A DNA stretch of 64,000 nt from Heteronotia binoei (taxonomy: Eukaryota), in the NCBI RefSeq assembly GCF_032191835.1, contig NC_083223.1, positions 254,448,001-254,512,000 on the forward strand, read 5' to 3'. A model generated the notes under the pieces. It saw only the letters and a list, made by a program, of their open reading frames with translations. It did no database searches and was not told where the DNA came from. The translations under genes and the position numbers were made by a program. Each line of letters opens with the position of its first letter. The first letter of the stretch is position 1. Positions 44,801 to 57,326 of the stretch are shown one piece after another.

Positions 44801-45348
44801 TTAAAGGCACTGACCGACTTCCCGCGTGGACTTTTGATCCTGGTCTTGGGGGCGTTCTCAGCCGCTTCCTATTTTCCGCTCATGTACGCATAAGGGGAAC
44901 TTAGGGGTCGATATGTGGGTGAAAGAAGAGCTTTGCTGGGTATGGTGGGCAGGAGGGGGATGTGACTGAAGACAGACTTCTGGTTGATATATTAGGATGA
45001 AGATGACACTCAGCATGTTGAGGGGAAAGAGCAAGCCTAAATCGGGGGCAGGACCAGGAGAACGCAGGGTTGAGAACTGGGTTGCTGTTCTGTGGAACTC
45101 CTTGTCACAATTATTTATTTTCACTGACAGCAGCCCGAGACACAGAAGCGCAGCTGGTAATGTTTCCTCCCAGGCTCCCATCCTGTATCCTGTCTAGGTT
45201 AATCTGCTTACATTCCCAATATTTCCCTTTCCTGGAATGCTTAGAAAAATGGGTGGTTTAAATACAGTCCCAGCTGTTTGTGCCTCCTCGTTGGCCGAGG
45301 TAAAATGCCTTTTTTTTTAAACTGGGAACTCTTAACAAAATGTGAATC

Positions 45349-45496
45349 AAGTAGGAGTCAAGTTGCACCTTTAAGACCAACGAAGTTTTATTCAGAATGT
45401 AAGCTTTCGTGCGTGAAGAAGTGTGCATGCACACAAGAAAGCGTATTTTCTGAATAAAAATTTGTTGGTCTTAAAGGTGCGACATGACTCCTACTT
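45349..45496. mobile_element. Inverted pair of Penelope-like fragments (hairpin)
   Basis: Arms 45349-45408 and 45437-45496; central palindrome GTGTGCATGCACAC. Confidence 0.6.
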
Positions 45497-45766
45497 TGTT
45501 CTACTGCTTCAGACCAACACCGCTGCCCCCTTAGATCTATCAAAATGAATCAGAACATTTTCCGTTGCCCTAAATCGAGCATGATCTGATTTAGCATATA
45601 AATTTTAAAATTAAACCATCTTAGTTTTGTCCCCAAGCCAAAAAAAAAAGTTTCTAAATCTGGATACGTATTTGCAGTTTTTCAAGTCAATGAAACACAT
45701 TTACATACAGACTTTTTGCCCAGAAGCCTTGCAAGATCACCATATTTCCCATCTTGTCTCTTTTAG

Positions 45767-45874
45767 GCTGAGAAGAGTGACCCAGAAATCTCTGCAAACC
45801 TATCTCAAGGGCTTCTTCCTTCCCAGGCCCTGGAAACAGTTTTGGCAGATCAAAAGCCAGACACCTGACCACAG
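45767..45874 (+). CDS. NIT1: NIT1 N-terminal (presequence-like) exon: LRRVTQKSLQTYLKGFFLPRPWKQFWQIKSQTPDH
   Basis: ttttag|G acceptor, AG|gtaatt donor; phase 2 at both ends fits the next exon; Arg/Lys-rich with no acidic residues until the end. Confidence 0.65.
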
Positions 45875-46533
45875 GTAATTAGCTCAGGGTCCAGATGCAG
45901 TAGCCGCAAAAACTGATCAGTGGCTAAGTTTCTATCCCAGCTTCCTTCAAAATATTCCTGTGCGGCTGAAAATGATTTGTGTCAGACTAGGATCTAGGAG
46001 ACTCCAGGTTCAAGTCCCCACGCTTGTTCTAACCCTAACCCATGGGTCAGTCACGTGCTCTCAGCCTAACCTACCTCACACAATTATGAGGATAAAATCG
46101 AGAGGAGAATGCTGGCAAGCTACTTTGGGTCTCCTTTGGGAAGAAAGAGGGAGTATAATTGAAGTAAATAAAAATGTTTGAACCCAGGCTATTCTGTACC
46201 CATACCACATAACTAGATTGTACATGGGCAATATTTTCTGGAAAAGGAATATTTAAGAAGTACAGCTAATAACTATTCCAAATAAATTTAATATTGCATC
46301 AACAGTTTTTATATTCAAAATACAGCTATTTTGAGTTTATGCAGGTCTTAGCCACCAATTGGAGGTGGGAATCTTGAATGTGTATCTCTTACAACAGCCA
46401 CACTGTAACTCATGGAAGATTAATTTTTTTAAAAAAAAATCTGATTTAACTATGCTGTTCCAGAACCATGTGATTAACCATGAACCATGTGATTGGTTAG
46501 AAAACCCTGTCTGCCTCCTGTTTGCTTTCTCAG

Positions 46534-46806
46534 ACTCTCTGCTGCCCCCTGTGGATTCAGAGGCATGTCTGCCAGCGCCAGAGCCCTGAAGCCCCTCATT
46601 GCTGTCTGCCAGGTGACCTCAACCCCCAACAAAGACCATAACCTGGAATGCTGCTCAAGCCTCATCCAGGAGGCAGCCCAGCGGGGCGCCTGTGTCATCT
46701 TCCTCCCCGAAGCCTTTGACTTCATTGGCAGCAACACAGAAGAGACCCTCAGCCTGGCTGAGCCCCTGGAAGGAGATCACATCCGGCATTACGCTAGCCT
46801 TGCCAG
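46534..46806 (+). CDS. NIT1: NIT1 exon (..GMSASARALKPLIAVCQVTST..FLPEAFDFIG..LA), contains catalytic Glu
   Basis: ctcag|A acceptor, AG|gtagg donor; in-frame ATG at 46565. Confidence 0.93.
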
Positions 46807-47416
46807 GTAGGACTCATGGGATTTCCTAGTAAGGAAAGAGTGTGCAGAGTCTCATCTCTGTGCTATGTTCTGGGAGTGGAGTAATGTTGGGAAGTAGAGA
46901 GTGGGAGGCTGGGAGAAAGCAGTATGACCCTGTTGGGAGGCTTACCCAGTGTCCTGCTGCTGAGGGTGGAGGGGCAGCTGCCACATCCTCCAGCAGTTAC
47001 TTTACATCCAGTTACTTTAGCAGCAGCTGTCACCACATCACACAAATCTTCACTGTTCCAGAGGAGTTAGCTGCATTAGATTATTGCTGCAAAATAGAGT
47101 CCAGTGGCACCTTTAAGACTAACAAATTTAATTGTAGCATAAGCTTTCAAGAAACACAGCTCTCTTCATCGGATCTTCACTGTGTGACTGAAGTAAAGCT
47201 ATGGCAATAATTTTGTGGCTGACTCTGCCTCCTGCAGCAGCCATTTTATTACAGCCATTTTGTAGCTGTGCCTAACACGTTGTGTCAGAATTCCAAAGGT
47301 GCCCACAAGCATTAAAATATTGGGGACCCCTGTGCTCTAAGGCCTGCAGTGAGACAGCAAATGCTGAGATTATTTTCCCATCTATGGTGCCTTCTGTTTC
47401 CCATCTCCTCTGCCAG

Positions 47417-47520
47417 AGAATGTGGGGTCTGGTTGTCCCTTGGAGGCTTCCACGAGAGAGGCAGCGACTGGGAGAGCACACACCGGATCTACAACTGCCA
47501 CCTGCTCCTGGATCCCAAAG
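47417..47520 (+). CDS. NIT1: NIT1 exon (ECGVWLSLGGFHERGSDWESTHRIYNCHLLLDPK)
   Basis: ccag|A acceptor, G|gtgaaa donor; 104 nt. Confidence 0.94.
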
Positions 47521-48533
47521 GTGAAAAGGCTTCTTTGGTAGTGGATCCTTTCTCTCCAAGTTGGTCAAGTCAATTTCTGTAACATGGGCTCAGTCTTCCC
47601 TCTCTAAACTTCCTGTGTCTTCCATGTCCTTCTCCAGAATCATCTCCCACCACTGTGCACATGCATCTCTTTGCTGTATACCTAAGGAATTGAGTTTTGG
47701 GACATGTATCCAATACTGGCTTTAGAAGGAATCCAGAGAACATAAGAACATAAGAGAAGCCATGTTGGATCAGGCCAATGGTCCATCCAGTCCCACACTC
47801 TGTATCACACAGTGGCCACATATATATGTACACACACTGTGGCTAATAGCCACTGATGGACCTCTGCTCCATATTTTTATCCAAGCCCCTCTTAAAGCTG
47901 GCTATGCTTGTAGCCGCTGCCACCTCCTGTGGCAGTGAATTCCACATGTTAATCACCCTTTGGGTGAAGTAATACTTCCTTTTATCCGTTTTAACCTGAC
48001 TGCTCAGAGTAGGATGTTAGACTCCCTCCTTATAACCAGCTAGGGAATGAACTGATATCCTTTTGTACCGAGGATACTCCTGGCACTACCAAAAGGCCTG
48101 TGTGGTTAAGAATGCAAGTCCAGGAAACAATCAAAAGAGGCTTTACTTCATTTATGTCCCACCTTTCTGTCCAAGGAGGACCCCCCCAAAAGCAGCTCAC
48201 ATTGCTCTCCTCCATTTCCTTCTAACAACAACCCTGCAGGGTAGGTTAGGCTGGAGGAAAGTGCTTCTGGTTGTACTTGGATCTTCTCCCCTCCCCCCCT
48301 TTGAACTATCCCTCCTCCCATTTTCCTATGAAATTTTGCCACATGAGCAGATGATTTTGTCTAAGTCCAGCAACCAGGATATTCCTTTCTCCACTTTTTC
48401 TGATGGCATCATACCTTTTAGTAGGACAGTGCTGTTGTGATTCTTGGTCCACATGAAAGAAGTATCTTTTACACCGCCAAACCTTCCCTGCCCACAAATT
48501 TACCACCTTGACCCTTGCCATGGTTGGCTTTAG

Positions 48534-48667
48534 GAACGCTGGTGGCTGCCTACAGAAAGACTCACCTCTGCGACGTGGAGCTGGAGGGACGAGTGTCCAT
48601 GAAGGAAAGCGCCTTTACCAATCCAGGTTCGGAGATTGTGTTGCCTGTCAGCACCCCGGCTGGAAAG
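48534..48667 (+). CDS. NIT1: NIT1 exon (TLVAAYRKTHLCDVE..PVSTPAGK), contains catalytic Lys
   Basis: ttag|GA acceptor, AAG|gtacat donor; 134 nt. Confidence 0.94.
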
Positions 48668-50759
48668 GTACATGTGAAATCCCTGGAAGGCCCATTAGCC
48701 AAAGTATTTCTTTTCCTTTGCTACATTGTTGAGTTTGAGACTTAGAAACCACCTCTGTTGTGAGTCAAGAAACTTCAAAATGCACATCCAGATTTTAAAG
48801 ATCACATTCCTCATCCCAGAAATCCATCCAGCGACACTATAAAGTAGACAAGGAGACCTTGGAAGCCCAAGTGTAGCCAGACCTTTGGCCCTTCCCCTAG
48901 AAGAAGGGTCTTATTTAGTGTCACACCCAGATGCTCTGAGCACAGGGGCAGATTGCCTGCTCCACTAACCACCTTCTAGCTCAGGAAGAGAGTGGGACAT
49001 CATCCCTGCAAGCAAGCAGTGTTCCCTCTAAGCTGTGTTAGCATGAGCTAGCTCACAGATTTTCAGTCTCCAGCTCACACATTTTTGTCTTAGGGACTTT
49101 CGGGGGCTGGAAAATGGAGAGCTGAACTGCTTCTCATAAGGGAGGCAGCTGGAACCTCTGTGTGGGGGTAGAGAAGGCAATTCAATGCCTACTACCTACT
49201 TTTCTCATCTAGAGAATAGTCCAAGACACGCTTGGGAAACTTGGAGGAGATTGACTTTGGCGGAAAGCGAGCTCCGGAGGGGGCTCCTTTGAAGCTTTGA
49301 AGGATCTCCGGCAACGAGTGTGTTACATCGTCTGCACAGGGTCTCCAGAGTCATTAAATTGACTTAAACTCACCAGGATCCAGCACCTCTATACTACAAA
49401 TAACATCTGGATTACAACTAGGATGGTGTCTACTTGGATAGCTGCTGCTGAAGATATTGATTTTTATCTTTCACTCCGGGACTAAAATAAGGATTTACAA
49501 AAATAACTAAAAGGTGGCAAAAAGACTATATCATGCTTATATAAAGAAGAGGAGGAGGGGTGAATTTGGGACTATTTAATATTAAAGAACAGAGTTTAAA
49601 AGTGAAAAAAACAAGAATGTTTTGAATACTTGCGGTTTCTGAAAAACACCATCGTCACAGCATTGCTGGTCAGTATAATTCCACAGGAAGTGACGTTTTG
49701 TATCATCGCGTGATTTGATTACCAGTGAGAACGGGATTTGGAGGCAAGTAAAGCAGAAAGTAACCATTGGAAGAAGGTCAGATTGCAAGTCAGCCAGCCT
49801 ACTCTAGGACTGAAAAACCATAGAAAAACATCGGTGACCATTAAAAGAAGGGAAAAATAAAATATTTTAAAGTGTTGGGGACTTCAAAAATTGGTGGAAT
49901 TGGCATATTTGGACATTATAAAGTTAATATTATTGGACAGTATTGCTGAAAGCAACTATAAAGGCCTGTAAAGGAAGAAATTTTTTTGAAAAAAAGGGGT
50001 AAGAAAAATCGCGAACGCCATTTTGGATATTTTAAAAAATTGAAATATTAATATCTCTGCTTGGGGTGCCCCAGGAGCAGTGATTTTAGGCTCATTGGAA
50101 AGAGCAGGTCTTGTTCTTTTAAATCTGATATATAGTTTTGCTGAGATCAAGTTTTTGAGTATTTTTTAACGTCAGATCACAAGCCAATTCGTACAAGAGC
50201 CATTTCAATGGAAAAGATGCAGGAGCAGTTAGAGGCTATGGAAGCAAGGCTGATGAAAGGGATGAAGGAACTCAAGAAAGAAATTAAAAAGGACATTGAA
50301 GCTAGTACAGTAGCTTTAGAGAAAAAATCTGAAGATCTTAAAAATGAAACTGTGGTAACATCAAAAAAAGTGGATGATGTGGAGAAAAAAGTAAAAGAAT
50401 ATGATTCCACCTTAAAAAGTGTGCAAGAGAAAGCTGTATTGCAGGACTGTAAGCTGATGGAAAACCTGGTACGTCTTAGAGGAGTACCTGAGAATGAACA
50501 AGATCTGAAGGATTATATAATAAAAATTATTGTGGATTTTTTGGAAGATGATTTAGAAACATCAAAATACCAATATGACTATGTGTATAGAGTCAATTCT
50601 CTCTATGCTAAGAAAAATAAATTACCAAGAGACGTGGTAGTAAAATTTTTGACACGGGATATGGTGGGAAGAATTATAGCTAAAAGTGTACAATAACTGA
50701 GAAGATTTTTGGAAGAACATAAAGAATTTGGTGACACAGCTTAAAGAAGGAAACATAAT

Positions 50760-50891
50760 AGGTGTGAAGGCAAATAGGTGTGAAAATCCTCCGCTTGAGA
50801 CCCTGGAGAGCCGCTGCCAGTCTGAGAAGACAATACTGACTTTGATGGACCGAGGGTCTGATTCAGTATAAGGCAGCTTCATATGTTCATA
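50760..50891 (+). mobile_element. 5'-truncated tRNA/CR1-tail SINE at the L1 ORF1-ORF2 junction
   Basis: GAGACCCTGGAGAGCCGCTGCCAGTC..AAGGCAGCTTCATATGTTCAT; short CATAAT duplication at the flanks. Confidence 0.75.
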
Positions 50892-51276
50892 ATGGATTAC
50901 AAATTATTATTTTGGAATGTAAATGGACTAAATTCACCTCAAAAAAGAAAAACAACATTTCATTGGATTACAAAGCAAAAACACAACATAATTTGTTTAC
51001 AAGAAGCTCATATGAAACAAACTGATTATAAATTTTTATGGAATAAGCAATTGGGTCTGGAATTTTATTCATTGGCTAAACAAAAAAAAGAGAGGTGCAC
51101 TTTTTTATATTAAACAGGAATTGGAGCCAAAAGAAATTTTTAAAGATAATGATGGGAGATATTTAGCAGTGGAAGTAACTTTAAATACAAAAAACCCACT
51201 GCTGCTGGGACTATATGCACCAAATGGTGCGAAAGTTTCTTTTTTTAAAGAAATAATGCAACAGCTTGATCAAGTG

Positions 51277-51523
51277 GGGAGGGACGGTGGAGGGACAGCT
51301 TGGGGAGGGACGGTGGCTCAGTGGTAGAGCATCTGTTTGGGAAGCAGAAGGTCCCAGGTTCAATCCCTGGCATCTCCAAAAAAGAGTCCAGGAAAATAGG
51401 TGTGAAAAACCTCTGCTTGAGACCCTGGAGAGCCGCTGCCAGTCTGAGAAGACAATACTGACTTTGATGGGCCAAAGGTCTGATTCAGTATAAGGCAGCT
51501 TCATATGTTCATATGAACAAGTG
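51277..51523 (+). mobile_element. Full-length tRNA-derived SINE with CR1-like tail, inserted in L1 ORF2
   Basis: A-box TGGCTCAGTGG, B-box GGTTCAATCC; duplicated 5' head; CAAGT flanking duplication. Confidence 0.8.
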
Positions 51524-54162
51524 CCATATGAACAAATTATGAACAATTTATGATAATTATGAACAAATTATGATAATGGGAGATTTTAATGGTACAATTA
51601 AAAATACATTGGACAGATTGGGGAGGAAAAAAAAATAAGGAAGGGAAATTGCCAAAATCTTTTTTTGAATTAGTTAAGAAAACTTGGAGGATTTATGGAG
51701 GAAGTTCAGCTCTGAGGTACGGGACTATACCTTTTTCTCAGCAAGACATAATACTTTTTCAAGAATCGATATGATATGGTGTACAAAAGACTTAGGACTT
51801 ATAACTAAAAACATAGAGATTCTTCCTAAAGTAAGAGCAGACCACAACCCATTAATGTGGTCAACTAAGTCAATTAAAAAAACCAGAAGGTGGAGGTTAA
51901 ATGAAGATTTACTACAAAACAAAGAAATAGGGATATCTCTAGAAAAAGAAACCAAAACTTTTTTTCAAATAAATGAAACTGAGGACATGGAATTTCAAAT
52001 GGTATGGGATGCGTATAAAGCAGTGATGAGAGGTATTTTAATTACATTGAATAATAAAGATTAAAAAAAAGAAAAACAAATGTTAGACATTCAAAATGAA
52101 ATAAAGAAAAAGGAAATGGAATTAAGGAAAAGACCTGGGAAGAAAAAAATTATTAGGGAGATTACAATGTTGCAGACACAACTGGGACATTTGTTGAATA
52201 AAGAAGTAGAGTGGAACTTGAAAAGACTGCAACAGAAATCTTTTGAAGGAGCAAATAAACCTGGTAAATATTTGGCTTGGCAATTGAAAAAAAGAAAAGA
52301 GAAGCTAAAACTATAAGAAAAATAAAGGTTGGTGGAAAAGAAATTGTAGATCAGGAAGGAATAAAAAGGGAATTTTTAAAATATTACGTCAAATTGTTTA
52401 AAAAATCAAAAATAAGTAAAGAAAAGTTGGAGGTATATTTGCAAAGTATTAATGTGGCTCCATTGACAGAAAATATGGGAAAAGTCTTAAATGAACCGAT
52501 ATAAAAAATGGAAATTGAAGCAGCAATAAATGTAATGAAAATGGGAAAAGCACCTGGTCCACATGGATTTACAGTAACATTTTATAAAGTCCTCAGAGAA
52601 GGGTTAATACCCAGACTACACAAATTGATGAATATTGTAAGAATGGAGGGGAAAGTACCGAATACGTGGAAAGAAGTAGTGACTTCTTTGATTCCAAAAG
52701 AAGATAGAGATGTCACAGATGTAAAAAATTATAGACCAATCTCATTGTTAAACGTGAATTATAAAATATACATGAGAATTCTAGCGGAAAGACTTAAACA
52801 GTTTTTGATGAAGTTTATTAAAGAAGAGCAAGCAGGATTTCTTCCAAGGAGGCAAATAAGAGACAATATTAGAACTGTTGTAAATATTGTAGAATACTAT
52901 GAAAGACATCCTGAAAAAGAAGTGGCGTTATTCTTTGCGGATCCAGAGAAAACTTTTGATAATTTAAATTGGGACTTTATGTTTGCGGTGATGGAGAAAC
53001 TGAGATTGGGAGAGAATTTTATTAGAATGGTAAGAGCAGTATACACTGAACAATGGGCAAGACTTTGTATTAATACAGATTTAACCGAGTATATGATGAT
53101 CAGCAAAGGAACAAGACAAGGTTGCCCTCTATCTCCGTTGTTGTTTATAATGACTTTAGAAATTTTGCTGATGCAAATTCAGGAGGATAAAGAGATAGAG
53201 GGACTGAAATTGAAGGGATTTTCCTATAAATATAGAGCATTTGCTGAAGATGTTATGTTCATAAATGAAAACCCATTAAAAGTAACACCACTGCTCTTGA
53301 GTAAAATACAAGAATATGGAGAACTGGTTGGATTTTATATAAATAAAGAGAAATAAAAAATTTTGTGTAAAAATATGAGAATTGAAAAACAAAGAATTAC
53401 AGAGCTTAACTGTGAAGTTACGACGAAAGTAAAATATCTAGGTGTGGAAATTACCATGAAAAATATTGATTTATATAAAAATAATTATGAAAAGTTATGG
53501 CATAAAATGAAAGATGATGTGTCAAAATGGAATAGACTCAATCTGTCTTTATTGGGAAGAATAGCCGCAATAAAAATGAATATTTTACTGAGAATAATGT
53601 GTTTGTTTCAAACAATTCCGATTGTGAAGGATAATAAACAATTTATTAAATGGCAAAGGAAAATTTCGGAATTTGTGTGGGCTGGGAAGAAACCAAGAAT
53701 TAAAATGAAAGTATTAACAGATGCTAAAGAAAGAGGTGGATTTCAATTACCAGATTTAAAACTATACCATGAAGCAGTGTGCTTGGTGTGAATAAAAGAA
53801 CAGATAACTCTGTTAGAATGGATAACTCAGCTTAAAGGGAACATTGCAAGCAAGGACTTTCAACTCGGTCTGTCAAGGGCAGTCTTGTCTACTGGAGAGC
53901 CAGTTTGGTATAATGGTTAAGTGCACAGACTCTTATCTGGGAGAACCACAGATTTGCCTGCCACGTTGACTGTTGCTTCTCATTCTGGTGAGCATTCTGA
54001 CTCTGAGCAGAGGCCACGGCTCAATTTTAGATCATCTGCTTGGCATGCACAAGAGCCCAGGTCCAGCCTCTGGCATCCCCAGCTGAAAAGGATCTCGGGT
54101 AGGGGGTGATGTGGAAGGTCTCTGCTTGAGAACTCGGCAGAGCCACCACCCAATCAGAGGAG

Positions 54163-54392
54163 TAGAAGAAGATGATATTGGATTTGTATCCTGCCCTTCA
54201 CTCTGAATTTCAGAGTTTCAGAGCAGCTTACAATCTCTTTTACCTTCCTCCCCCATAACATACACCCTGTGAGGTAGGTAGGGCTGAGAGAGCTCTCACA
54301 GCAGCTGCCCTTTCAAGGACAGCTGTGTTAGAGCTATGGCTAACCCAAGGCCATTCCAGCAGCTGCAAGTGGAGGAGTAGGGAATCAAACCT
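54163..54392 (-). mobile_element. Squam3-like SINE
   Basis: Matches the family consensus seen elsewhere in the window. Confidence 0.7.
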
Positions 54393-54784
54393 GGATTCCC
54401 CCCTGCCCCCAAAGGTTTGATAGTATCATCTCCTCCTTCCTCAAGTGACAGAGAGAGAGCGCCGATGAGAAGGATGAGTGGCTTGGGATCCGATCTGAAC
54501 CACGAATGTGTCAGTTTGCAGCTTGGACATGTAGCTTCTCCCCCAACATGACCCTACACTGTGAAAGGAAATCCATTCACAAAGTTCTATCACTGCCACG
54601 GCCACCTTAAGGCCGACTTGCATCCTTCCACGTCCACAGAAGTCTTAGAAAGGTGTGACTCTGCTTAGGATACCAGAGTTGGGAGATGGAAGGCACCTCC
54701 AGTCCACCTTGCCCCAGGAAGGACCCAAGATGGTTTGCAAAGTACATTGTCGGAAAGCAACACTGGTGTAGCAATCTCTGGCTC

Positions 54785-55000
54785 TCATATGAACATATGA
54801 AGCTGCCTTATACTGAATCAGACCCCCGGTCCATCAAAGTCAATATTGTCTACAGACTGGCAGCAATTCTCCAGGGTCTCAAGCTGAGGTTTTTCATGCC
54901 TATTTGCCTCAACCCTTTTTAGTTGGAGATGCCGGGGATTGAACATGGGACCTTCTGCTTACCAAGCAGATGCTCTACCACTGAGCCACCATCCCTCCCC
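54785..55000 (-). mobile_element. tRNA-derived SINE with CR1-like tail
   Basis: Reverse complement of the 51277 family. Confidence 0.75.
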
Positions 55001-55104
55001 TCTCGGTTTTAGTCCTAGCCCACTTCCACAGCTGCATTCAAACCAAGCACCCCCTTCCATCAGGGATCCCAGCCAACCTCCCACTTGTTCCTGTTTCCTT
55101 TTAG

Positions 55105-55230
55105 GTCGGCCTGGCCATCTGTTACGACCTACGTTTCCCAGAGATGTCACTCGCTCTGGCCCAGGAAGGGGCGGAAATCCTGACCTACCCATCTGCCTTC
55201 ACGGTGACCACAGGTTCTGCACACTGGGAG
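55105..55230 (+). CDS. NIT1: NIT1 exon ([42 protein letters not shown]), contains catalytic Cys
   Basis: ttag|GTC acceptor, GAG|gtaaga donor; 126 nt. Confidence 0.95.
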
Positions 55231-55354
55231 GTAAGAAGCTCTAGTGCTAAAGCAAGGGGTTCTCTGATCCCCCATAATATTTCAGAGAAACACTTTAATC
55301 TGTAGTGGTGGGCAGTGGGTATTCCCTAGATCCTCGCTGTTTCTCCTTCTCCAG

Positions 55355-55618
55355 GTGCTACTACGAGCTCGCGCCATTGAGACCCAGTGCTATGTGGTAG
55401 CAGCCGCTCAGACGGGCAAGAACCATGAGCACCGCACCTCCTACGGCCACGCCATGATAGTGGACCCCTGGGGCAGCGTCATTGCCCAGTGCCAAGAGGG
55501 ACCGGGCCTCTGCTATGCCGAAATTGACCTGGCTTACTTGCGCCGCATCCGGCAGGAGATACCCGTCTTCCACCACCGGCGGCCCGACCTGTATGGCCGG
55601 GTGGCCCCCTTGTCATGA
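55355..55618 (+). CDS. NIT1: NIT1 last exon (VLLRARAIETQCYVVAAAQ..HRRPDLYGRVAPLS*)
   Basis: ccag|GTG acceptor; TGA stop; homology. Confidence 0.96.
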   Translation: MLLRARAIETQCYVVAAAQTGKNHEHRTSYGHAMIVDPWGSVIAQCQEGPGLCYAEIDLAYLRRIRQEIPVFHHRRPDLYGRVAPLS

Positions 55619-55972
55619 GTGGGCGCGCCCTCACCTGCCGTGTCGAGGACTCAGCTGCTGCCGGACTGGCCTCCGGAATCGAGGTGCTACCCACGTGATT
55701 GTGAGGAAAGGAGCAGCCTCTAACCATCCTGGACCTAATGGATCAGCACTGTTGATTTGTGCCCCAGTAAAGAGCTGTGATGCTTGCAGAAGTGGGACTG
55801 ACAAACTGAGCACCATATAGGCTGCATTAAGAACACTTTACCCCATCTCTGCTAGAAAACCGAGTTTCTACTCCTGCTCAATTCTGCCATTACTTTTAAT
55901 GTCATCTTGGTCATAGATTTCCTTTTAGGCCTCTGGCACTCCAGCAGGTCCCAGTAGATCACATTTCACCTA

Positions 55973-55978
55973 AATAAA
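55973..55978 (+). terminator. NIT1 candidate polyadenylation signal
   Basis: First AATAAA after the stop. Confidence 0.6.
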
Positions 55979-57326
55979 GCTTAACTGCCACTTTACATTC
56001 CTCCAGGACCACGATCCATCCCTTTGTCTCCATTTCTGATCCCTGTTCATAATTGAGGTGGGGAGAGGTCGTGGCTCAGTGGGAGAGCATCTGCTTGGCG
56101 TTCAGAAGGTCCCGGGTTCAGTTCCTGACATTACCAGCTAAAAGGATCAGGTAGCATAGGCAATAGGAAAGACCTCTGGCTTGAGGTCTTGTAGAGCCAC
56201 TGCCACTGAATAGACAAGCCTGACCTTGATAGATACATGATCTGATTTGAAAGAAGGCAAATGTGTGTGTTTTCAATTCAAGTCAGGTTGGAGTGGGGGG
56301 AGGTTGGCAGAAATAAGTGTTTCTACCCCACAGGCCTTGGATACTTGACACTAGACAGAATTACAGTTCTGCCTTCAGGCAGCCCAAATTCTGCTGCCTG
56401 CACAAATTATATGTGAGCAGTGACTCACAAAAGCTCCTTCCCTTCCACAAATTTTGTTGGTGTTTTAAGGTGCTACTGGACTCTTACTCTTTTCTACTAC
56501 TATCAAGTGTACAAGGTGCTTTACCAAGTACAAGATGACAAGGCTCTGCACCAAGGAGCTTACAGTCTAAGAAGCAGCAGAAGATAAGGCAGGGGTGGGT
56601 GACACAGACAAGGAAGAATGGGTGTCTAAGGGCCACTCTGGTCTTAGGGCTGTAGTCCTTGACATTCTTTCAAGGCATCGTCCTGTCTAACAAAAACCAA
56701 AAACTCAAAAACCAAAAGCAGCTGAATACATTTTCTAACAGTGACTGAGCAAAAGCTTCGAGGTCTTTAGACCAATGGTTTCCAACCTTTTGGGCATGGT
56801 AACCCACAAAACTGAACTTACTTGGTATGGTGACCCACTCAGGACTGGCCAAAGTTATTTGTTGCCCCAGGCAAACTCTGACTTTGGCACCCATCTAGCG
56901 CAGCATTCCACTTTCTACAGTGATGAATCAAATGGTTTTGAGAAACCAGCAAACATCTTACAAAGGATGGAGCTAACTCCACTATGAACCCCTAGCAAGG
57001 GGTATTCTGACAGATACAGCTTTTGCATATGGAGGTTATGTTCCAGGCTTTGAGCAGCTTTTCTTTCTCCAATACTCCTCTAATTGTCCCTAAAATTCTA
57101 AAAAACTTGTTCCAGTAATCATCAGGACATGTTTTACATGATCAATATGTATATGCAGTGAAGAAAAAAAATAACTAATATATGACATGGAAGATACTGT
57201 TTCCAGGGTCAGATTTTGGTTTCTAAAATACAAAAGAGAGCAATGGAAAGGGGTAGCCATTAGGAAGGTGGTGTTGCAACCCACTTTTGGGAACCAACCT
57301 ACAGCTTGGGAAACATTGCTCTAGAC

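Larger units (their letters stand above)
49240..53790 (+). mobile_element. Degenerate L1-clade LINE in a NIT1 intron (ORF1 remnant from 50208; ORF2 remnants 50892-53790), 3'-truncated
   Basis: WNVNGLNS, LQEAH, RIDMIW, QGCPLSP, FAED motifs with multiple frameshifts and stops; the 5' boundary is uncertain. Confidence 0.88.

Noticed and set aside
47140-47176. Hammerhead-like motifs at 47.15 kb, 44.04 kb, 44.10 kb, 45.42 kb and 56.42 kb
   Set aside because: Core nucleotides are mutated or missing (CCGAUGA with broken stem II, CUGAAAA, GGAA, or no CUGA); treated as dead copies.
51300-51375. tRNA-like sequence with A and B boxes (also at 54930-55000 and 56060-56130)
   Set aside because: Continues into a SINE body and CR1-like tail; no complete cloverleaf or acceptor stem.
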